This document shows, one piece after another, positions 1 to 8,341 of a DNA stretch of 43,064 bases. Origin of the DNA: Elsinoe ampelina (Eukaryota); contig ML992502.1 in assembly GCA_010093995.1 (NCBI GenBank), positions 2,674,728 to 2,717,791 on the forward strand, written 5' to 3'. Position 1 is the stretch's first letter, and each line of letters opens with the position of its first letter. The translations under genes and the position numbers were made by a program. A model generated the notes under the pieces. That model was given only the letters and a program-made list of their open reading frames with translations. It was not told the DNA's origin and did not search any database.

Positions 1-9
1 TCTACAGAG

Positions 10-165
10 GCTTCCGTATACTTTGCCAGACTCATCGTCTGGTTCAGATGCCAGAAGTCTACTGTAGCCCCGAATCACAACGAGCGAAAAGCGCCCCGAA
101 ACTCTGCTAGCCAGATGTAGAGGCGCTCAGAGCTCGTTTGAGCCCTGCTTAGCAGGTTGCTTTTT
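10..165 (+). ncRNA. Candidate structured small RNA (Pol III-type), copy 1
   Basis: Diverged direct repeat of 768-918. Four hairpin stems are conserved between copies while three of the loops differ. A-box-like TGGTTCAGATG at 40-50, T5 run at 161-165, downstream B-box at 199-209. Family not recognised. Confidence 0.55.
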
Positions 166-198
166 GCCACTTTGGCATGCAAATGGGCGGCGGTTCTT

Positions 199-209
199 GG
201 TTCGATTCT
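199..209 (+). promoter_or_regulatory. Pol III B-box-like element downstream of copy 1
   Basis: GGTTCGATTCT fits GGTTCRANNC and is conserved in position with 963-973, although the surrounding spacer has diverged. Confidence 0.5.
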
Positions 210-728
210 GTGCTATGCGATGTTCTTTTTGAGGCAATTTTCAGCATCGTGTTGGACAAGTGACGTGTCTCTTTGCTTGTCCTCTCCCATCACCAAAGCT
301 TCTGGATACGAGTATTCACCGGTGCGACATTTTTGGTAGATATTTTGATGCTGATGTCATCGTGATCAAAGAATTCAATGAGTAGTGACTTTGAATGAGG
401 AATCTTCGTGTAGCGAGCCAAAGGAGGCGCACAGTTGGTAGTCGATTATGATTGCACGATTTGCACAGGGGACCTCATCTGTGAGCGGATGTCCGTTACC
501 TAGCCACACAGTAGTCCCTTGTAGAAACAGATAGAGCACTCACCATTACGATGGCAGCGGAATGACTTCCTCTTGCAAGATGAGCGCTGCTCACGGCGAG
601 AACGAACGACACCGATACTGCAAGTTACAGGTCTTGTCTTTGTGAGTTGGGCAATGGGCATTTGGCATGTGATATTGCAAGCAATCCAGCCTGCGATATG
701 CAAGTCATACCACATTGGTGCATGACAT

Positions 729-734
729 TATATA
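729..734 (+). promoter_or_regulatory. TATA-like box upstream of candidate ncRNA copy 2
   Basis: TATATA about 35 bp upstream of the start of the shared repeat (G768). The equivalent site for copy 1 lies outside the window. Confidence 0.35.
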
Positions 735-767
735 GTTATCAGTCGTCCCTTTTCCTCATCCTACAAT

Positions 768-918
768 GCTTCCGTATACTCTGCCAGATCCGTCTGGTCC
801 AGATGCCAGACATTGTAGCCTCAAATCACAACGAGCGAAAAGTTCCCCGAAAACTCTGCTAGCCAGATGTAGAGGAGCTCAGAGCACGTTTGAGCCCTGC
901 CGAGCAGGTTGCTTTTTT
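768..918 (+). ncRNA. Candidate structured small RNA (Pol III-type), copy 2
   Basis: Hairpins CCAGA/TCTGG (784-797), CTCTGC/GTAGAG (854-874), GCTCAGA/TTTGAGC (877-895) and CCTGC/GCAGG (896-908). A-box-like TGGTCCAGATG at 795-805 and T6 terminator at 913-918. Confidence 0.55.
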
Positions 919-962
919 GTTGTTCTCGGTGTCAAATCACGTGATGTTGTAGCAGGCACGTG

Positions 963-973
963 GGTTCAATTCT
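963..973 (+). promoter_or_regulatory. Pol III B-box-like element downstream of copy 2
   Basis: GGTTCAATTCT, 45 bp after the T-run, matching 199-209. Confidence 0.5.
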
Positions 974-1179
974 CATCAGCCGACTTATTTTTGAGCGAAA
1001 TAGTCTTCATTAGTCTAAAAATAATGGCATCGTAGCAGTTCAGAAAATAACTAGGTAGTTTGCCGATTAGAAGAAATTCGTCATGTGACGCTCGCCCCCC
1101 CAAGGACTGCCCCCGTGAATTCAACGCCTTAGATAACTACAATCTATCCCACTAGATCGAAACTTCATCCATTTTTATC

Positions 1180-2658
1180 ATGCCTTCTGCAGTGGAACAA
1201 GCCTTGGTGACACTTGTGCCGTCTGTCAATAATCTTCCCATCGAATTGACGAGTCTTGCCAATGCGTTGTTGATGCAATCTCGCTCAAAAGCAGCGAAAC
1301 TCAAACCTGACGAGGAGATCGCCAGAACATATGTCTGCAGTCACATTGCTTGCGAAAGGTAAGTTCTGAGCGTGTCTGATCATGTCATAGTCGCGAATGA
1401 CGACGAAGGCTAACGTGGACGGCACAGGCTCAAGTCTCGACTCGGTTTAGAAATACAGCCACGACCGCCGGTCCCACCACGAGTGTACAAGAAGCTCAAA
1501 GCATTCTTTGACAAGCAACTTGATGTCCCATCGACTCCGAGCGCCGTTCGTCAGGTCGATGCGCTCAACCGAAGTGGTGCGGATAGCTCACGTAAAGCTA
1601 CCCCCGCTTCAAACAGGAGTGCGGTGACGCCGTCGTCCCGCAAACGCCTCCGTGATACCCAAGACGACACTCCGAGCAAGACTCCCGCCGGTGTTGTGCT
1701 ACCGGAGACTGGAGGTGACGATGCGGACACCCCATCTCGAAGGTCCGAGAAGCGTGCTCGCCCATCATCAGCCAAGGATCTAGCTGAGCTCGCAGCCGGC
1801 GCCACGAAGTCACCGAACCGCAAGTCTGGGAGGCTGTTCGCACCATCTCCGAATAAGCAGAATGCGCCACCTGAGTGGGTAGATGACATGATTGCAAGAC
1901 TGGCAAACAAATTTGAGGCTCCTGCCGCCACCCATATTCGCGCCGGCCTTGACCATGTTCTCGCAGTGCGAGGCTTCTCGATCGAAGATGCGCTGGATGC
2001 AACGTCGTCGACGTCCAAATCACGAAAGACCAAGGCTAAAGAGCCTGCTCCCCACGAAGGCAGTGGAATCATCACTCCTCTACGTCTCCCGGCACTTCTC
2101 ATCATCCTCACCCTGTTTGTCGTCGGCAAACAGAAGGGGTGGCGACTCACCAATCAAGACCAATTCGCTGCGAAGCAAGACACTGGACTGGAGGCCATTC
2201 GAGAGATGGAGGAAGGCTGGGCGCCTGAAGAAGAAGCACTACAGGCAGACTTGGAAGGATTCCTCGCAGCCGCTGGAGAGGAGGGATGGATGAATGCGGA
2301 ATGGTTCCAGCATGTGACACCGGAGGATGATCTGGACAAGATGGACGTGGATGATGAAGTCACGACTCGGGGCAGGAAGAAGATGCCAAACAAGACGCCA
2401 TTGAGGAGGAAGGAGAAGCATGCCCCTCGGCCGACGGCTAATGCAGATGAGGATGACGACGAGGACACGGCGGCGGGGCTTCAAGTCGGACTCGGCACCA
2501 TGTTCCAGGACGCAATAGATTGGCTCAGCGACGATAGAAGGGAGGAGTACAGAGAGTGGAAAGCCGGCATCTTGCACCGTCTCGACGAACTGGAAGGTGT
2601 CCCAAGCACCAACTCAAGCAGGAAAAGGACGAGCAGACCCGTAGTGTCTGCAGCCTAA
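1180..2658 (+). CDS. ORC6: Origin recognition complex subunit 6; exons 1180-1358 and 1428-2658, 469 aa
   Basis: Intron 1359-1427 (GTAAGT, GCTAAC branch, CAG) joins the two track ORFs in frame. Motifs LKPDEEIARTYVCSHIACERL, PRPPVPPRVYKKL and C-terminal GLGTMFQDAIDWLSDDRREEY are typical of filamentous-fungal Orc6. It also has several S/T-P-x-K/R CDK sites. Confidence 0.9.
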
Positions 2659-2727
2659 ATTCTCATCCCATGACGATAAAGTCAAGCGACCAGCGCCATC
2701 TATACTCAAGGGTATCTACGCTCACAG

Positions 2728-4182
2728 CTAATACCAAATACTCCTCGTCCTATGATGCGGAATCGCCTCCGCCCCTTCCTTCTCCCTCTCCTTTGCCAAA
2801 TCATACAAGAAGAAATCAATCAGCACGGCATTCACCTCGGCCTCCGGGTGAGCTGCCACGATCTGTCGCCGTATGAGCTCTACGACCCATATGCTGCATC
2901 CGCGCAGCTGGCACTCCCAGCTACTGCCTGACTCGATCATTTGCTTGGTGCGGATGGCGTAGTCTAGCTTTGGGCTGTAGGAGAGGCAGCCGAGGGAGTG
3001 GAGTTGTTGGGGAACGCGGTAGTCTGATGTGTCAGTCATGATGCTTGGGTCTGGCCAGGAGGAGGAGGGAGGGAGGGGGCTTACCGGCGAACATAGTCAG
3101 ATGGTCGATGTCGTGGAATTCCCCGTAGCTTTGCCCGTCAAACGCGGCCCATAGGTCGGCGACGAAAATCTGGGGACGCTTGAGGAAGCGGACTTTCTTT
3201 CTGTCGAAGGTGGATTCGTCGCGGAAGCAGGCGAAGTGGTGGGCGAGCAGATTGGTCAACTTGCCAGCGCTTTTGTCGGCGGATTGAACCAGGTTGGCGA
3301 CGCTGCCGTCGAAGATCTGGATGGTTAGTGGATGACGATGGACAGTGTGGGAGGGAAAGGAAGGCTTACATCTCGGAGTACTTGACCTGCTTCACGGAGG
3401 ACGTCGAGGCGTTGGAGGAGGAGGGGCATATCCTCCTCTCCGTTGCCACGGAAGATGTGGCGCATGGATTCTTCTGTGAGATACGACGTAGTGGTCGTCC
3501 CCTCCATGTAATCTTGAGTCTGTTCAGCAACGCCACCGTCCTCGTTCGTAGCCAGGGCACCTTCCTCAGGCTCATCGACCTCGAGCACGTTATCACTGTC
3601 AAGAAGGTTTGGTGGCTGTTCTACTCCATCCGTTGCCATTTCCGCGGATGATGCGTCTCTTCGCTCCTCTGGATCTTGGGAGTGATCTGGCATCGATTCG
3701 ATGTCGGAAGCCACTGATTTGTCTTCCTCCTTCGGTAGCCAGAATGAAGGCGACGTGATTGGTGTGCCTTCGTCAAGCGCTCTTTGGAGTGCAGCGACAA
3801 GGCTCCAATACCCTGTCCATCGCTTCTCTCGGTACTCGATGCTCCATCGCTTATCCTCGCCCAGTTCAGACCAAAAGCTGAAGTTCAGCAAATCCATAGT
3901 AAAGATAAAGTTCAGCGTCGCTTCATCCTTTGCTTTCGGGTGAAGCTCATGTTCTGACCAGGCCGTTCTGGAATATGATCTGCGTTGCATCTCCTGCCAT
4001 ATCAGCTCAGCGGCATTGACCGTGCCGGCCCTGTCGATTGCCACATCAATGGCATTGCCGTAGATATACTCAGCATCTCGAAGCACTTTTGTCTCCGAAG
4101 TGATCTCGTTTGTCTTCGGTTTGATGCCCAATGACTTCCGCAACAGCTCCAGGAGTTCCGGATCTGCTTCGTCGTCCGACAT
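2728..4182 (-). CDS. QNG1: Queuosine salvage protein / queuosine 5'-phosphate N-glycosylase (DUF2419, C9orf64 family); exons 4182-3370, 3316-3085, 3023-2728, 446 aa
   Basis: Introns 3317-3369 (GTAAGC..CTAAC..CAG) and 3024-3084 (GTAAGC..CTGAC..CAG) join three track ORFs in frame. Family motifs: FTMDLLNFSFW, GYWSLVAAL, FRDE, KRPQIFVADLW, MFADYRVPQ (spans intron 2), DFFLYD and terminal HHRTRSIWY. Confidence 0.93.
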
Positions 4183-4266
4183 CACTCCTGCCTAGCATGA
4201 TCTAGGGGGAAAATCGGGTTGGCCCGATAGTGCATGTGAGAATGAAACTGATTACCTAATAGCATA

Positions 4267-5216
4267 CAGTCGTTTTGAGTTCAACCGAGCCACCCCGGGC
4301 TTGGCGGTACTCTTCACCGACTTCTGCTTACTAAAATTAGCTAGCTAGAAGTCTATAGAGAATACTATAGAGAATATTAATAAATTAAAGCTAAAAAAAG
4401 GTATAATAGTCGCTATACTACTCTAATTAGGTTATTACTATTATAATTAATTATTAAATAGCTAAACTAAAGCTAGTAGATATATAGTTCTTACTTACTA
4501 AAAAGTATACTAATTATGCTATTTATACTACTACTAAGGTAGCTAGAGCTATAATCTATTAAATTTAACTATCTCTTAAGTTCTTTAGTACTTCTTATTC
4601 TTCTATTAAAGCTTATATACTATACTTTTATACTTTTACCTCTTTCTTAGAAGATATAAGTCCTTTATAGCTAAGCTCTTTCTATACTAACCTATCTAAG
4701 GAGGTAATAGCCTACCTAAATAATATTTCTACTACTTATCTTAATAAAGTTTAAGCCTTCTTAAGAGAGATATATAATTACTAGATATACTTAAGTATAA
4801 TCTAGTATATAATCTAGCGCTAGTAATAGTCTTAAAAGGTAGCTAAGAAGGTAGTAGCTAAAAGAGATATAATACTTAGAGTAAATTAGACTCGAAGGTA
4901 TATACTTTAGCTAGTTAATAGAATTATTTATATTAATAAGTTAGCTTATAATAAGTATATAGTATAGAGGAGATATAGGTAGACACCTATTAGTAAGAAG
5001 TATATAAATATCTAGCTAAAGTAGCATAGTAAGAGATAGAGCATATTACTAGCTATTACTATTAATAGCTATCTCTTTAGTACCTTAATCTACTATAGAT
5101 TAATTACTAGTAAGATCTTTATTAGCTAGCTAATAGATATAATAATACTAGAGCTTCTAGCTAGTATAATCTTTATTATAGATAATACTTTAATCTACTA
5201 GAGTAATAAGGTAAAG
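4267..5216 (+). mobile_element. Tc1/mariner DNA transposon copy A, left part (TIR and most of the RIP-degenerate transposase)
   Basis: TA at 4265-4266 followed by TIR CAGTCGTTTTGAGTTCAACC, which matches the reverse complement of ~23245-23339. Colinear with 12903-13239 plus 20269-20873. De-RIP reading gives TAYLDEVQ, VDESA and MDNASIH. Confidence 0.88.
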
Positions 5217-6091
5217 NNNNNNNNNNNNNNNNNNNNNNNNNNNNNNNNNNNNNNNNNNNNNNNNNNNNNNNNNNNNNNNNNNNNNNNNNNNNNNNNNNNN
5301 NNNNNNNNNNNNNNNNNNNNNNNNNNNNNNNNNNNNNNNNNNNNNNNNNNNNNNNNNNNNNNNNNNNNNNNNNNNNNNNNNNNNNNNNNNNNNNNNNNNN
5401 NNNNNNNNNNNNNNNNNNNNNNNNNNNNNNNNNNNNNNNNNNNNNNNNNNNNNNNNNNNNNNNNNNNNNNNNNNNNNNNNNNNNNNNNNNNNNNNNNNNN
5501 NNNNNNNNNNNNNNNNNNNNNNNNNNNNNNNNNNNNNNNNNNNNNNNNNNNNNNNNNNNNNNNNNNNNNNNNNNNNNNNNNNNNNNNNNNNNNNNNNNNN
5601 NNNNNNNNNNNNNNNNNNNNNNNNNNNNNNNNNNNNNNNNNNNNNNNNNNNNNNNNNNNNNNNNNNNNNNNNNNNNNNNNNNNNNNNNNNNNNNNNNNNN
5701 NNNNNNNNNNNNNNNNNNNNNNNNNNNNNNNNNNNNNNNNNNNNNNNNNNNNNNNNNNNNNNNNNNNNNNNNNNNNNNNNNNNNNNNNNNNNNNNNNNNN
5801 NNNNNNNNNNNNNNNNNNNNNNNNNNNNNNNNNNNNNNNNNNNNNNNNNNNNNNNNNNNNNNNNNNNNNNNNNNNNNNNNNNNNNNNNNNNNNNNNNNNN
5901 NNNNNNNNNNNNNNNNNNNNNNNNNNNNNNNNNNNNNNNNNNNNNNNNNNNNNNNNNNNNNNNNNNNNNNNNNNNNNNNNNNNNNNNNNNNNNNNNNNNN
6001 NNNNNNNNNNNNNNNNNNNNNNNNNNNNNNNNNNNNNNNNNNNNNNNNNNNNNNNNNNNNNNNNNNNNNNNNNNNNNNNNNNNNNNNNNNN
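5217..6091. other. Assembly gap
   Basis: Run of 875 N. The nesting model predicts ~950 bp of missing sequence (Tc1 segment plus 5' part of an LTR). Confidence 1.
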
Positions 6092-6358
6092 TTTATAATA
6101 CTATCTAATTGTACTTTATTATCTATAAGATATACCTTCTCTAACTCTTACCTTAGTGCTATACTACTATAGAAGTAGAACTACCTTGTTCTTAGCTTAG
6201 CTTAGACTACTAGTATAGACTATATTTAGACAGTTTATAACACTTTAACTATCCTTACTATAGTATAGCACGCTACGAGGTTAATAAGTAACTCTTACTC
6301 TAAGTTACTATTAGTATCTTTAATTACTAGTAAGCTAGGAAAGCTTACTATTAATAAT

Positions 6359-8341
6359 ATATCTACTACTAGTTTAACCTTAGGTAAACATAGAAGGTCT
6401 TTTAGTATAGGGAAAGGACAGAGTAGACCTAAGTTAGAAGTAGAACTCTTCTATAGGGACTATATCTACTTAAAGCGCTTCCTTGTTTAACTTAAGGCCT
6501 TCTTTACTCTAGAGAGAAATAAGTACGCTAACGATATAGTAAAAGTCCTCTATACTAGAATATACCTTAAAGGGGCTACCTTCGAGTAGTTTAAGCCTTA
6601 TATAAGTAGCTACCTAGATAGATAACTAAGCCTAGATATAAAGGCTATCTTTAAGAGCTTTAGTATCTTCTAGGTAAAGATTAAGTAAGTCTTTAACATA
6701 TCTAATAAGAAACATATTACTATAATAAAGATCTAATAACTATAACAATATAGGTCTATAGCCTAGTACTATTCCTAGTTCTAACAACTTATAATATACC
6801 TAGACTAGAATAATAGTACTAAACATTTAGTATTCTACTAAGGACTAAGTAACTTAGTTAAAGACTAGATAATACCTAAGCTACCTAATAGTCTTTAAGA
6901 ACTAGTAGATACTATAATTGCTATTAATAACTAACTTTACAAACGACATATAGAGTATTATAGAGGATATAAGGCAAACACTAGATATATATATTCCTCT
7001 TAAAACTATAGAGACTCTATAGAACTTAACGCTATACGCGAAGGTTGCCTCTTATAGGTATAAGGCTAAGGCTACGGAGGAAAGTTCCTTAGTAGAAAAG
7101 AGAGAGAGAAGTATAAACGAGATAATCTATATTTTAAATATAAAAGACCTAGACATTAGGCTAGAGACTACTAACAAGGGGCGCTAGCTAATAAATTACA
7201 TATAATAGTTACTAGGCTAGTAGAGAAAAAGACTAATACTACTATAGAAGACCTAACAACCTTTAGCGTAGGTAAGGAAATATAGAAGAAGTCTATAATA
7301 ACTTAAGAGGTAATAGAACTCTCTCCGGATGTTATACTTAATATCTCTATAACTAATAATAAATAATAAAGCTATTACACGACACTATTATAGATAGTAT
7401 ATTATAATAACTCTTATTATATTTACTTATTAGATAAGTAAGGATCTAGTTAGTTTCTATATAAGCTATCTAAGTATAGGCAACTAACGAAATAGCTAGA
7501 CTAGGAGTTTAACCTAGAAGGGCTTTCTATAATTAGTAGTAATATTAACTAACCTTAGAAGGTAGTTAGTAATAACTACTAATATATAATTATTAAAATA
7601 AAGTATTAGGACGTAAGTGCTATATAATAATATAGTAACTTTACCTTTAGCTCTTATAGCAAACTATAAGGAAAGGCATATTATATATTACTCTAGAAAT
7701 GTATAAATCTAAATTGTAAATAGTACTATACTATCTACTTATATAATATACTTAGAGAAGATACTATTAGTCTTAAATATACTATAGACTTCTTAATAAT
7801 TAAAATAGATAGTACTATTCCCTATAGCTAAGTATAAGAGTATACTTAGTGTAGCTTTACTAACTATAACTATACTAGAGGTAGTAGTAATAAAGAGAAA
7901 TATAATAAGAAATACACTAAACAATTATAGTATAATAACATAAATAAGAACTTATCTAACAACGACGATATACTACTACTAAGTAGATAACTTAAAGCAT
8001 ACCTTATAGGGATATAGAGGAATTATATAATAATATACATCTACTACTAGAATAGGATATAATAAGATAAATCTATATAACTTACTTTTGTCTTTAATAC
8101 TAATACCTAGCTATACCTAGAAGGTATAGTTATACTAATATAGGTATATAACACTACTTAGTATAACTAGTAGAGAATTATTAGACTTTATAGTTACTAA
8201 GAGACTTAGGCGCTAGAAGTTTACCTTACTATATTAAACAATAACAAAACACAACTTACCTAATAGATATAGTACTAATAGTAGATACGTGTAGGAAGGG
8301 ATTAGCTACTTATCTAAGGAGCTATAATGACAAAAAACTAG
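6359..8341 (+). pseudogene. gag of Gypsy family 1 (RIP-inactivated), ~660 codons
   Basis: One frame throughout: de-RIP FLVQLKAFF...LKGAAFEWFEP, CCHC knuckle CFKCKRPGHxARDC at ~7130-7170, a long C-terminal extension, and an end at ACA AAA AAC TAG. Confidence 0.75.

Noticed and set aside
10..918. Repeats as LTRs of a small retroelement, or as a hammerhead/HDV ribozyme
   Set aside because: No TG...CA termini, PBS, PPT or TSD. No CUGANGA/GAAA core, and the HDV-like fragments are in the wrong order.
768..985. tRNA or tRNA pseudogene interpretation of the repeat plus GGTTCAATTCT
   Set aside because: No acceptor-stem complement to GCTTCCG, no cloverleaf, and a T-run terminator lies between the A and B boxes.
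157..1035. Short ORFs 157-339, 500-715, 647-862 and 766-1035
   Set aside because: No recognisable domains, mostly non-ATG starts, and the two repeat copies do not preserve a common reading frame because of indels.
1551..2876. Overlapping and antisense ORFs within ORC6
   Set aside because: Shadow ORFs of a GC-rich coding sequence with no independent features.
3328..3943. Plus-strand and alternative-frame ORFs within QNG1
   Set aside because: Shadow ORFs of the QNG1 exon.
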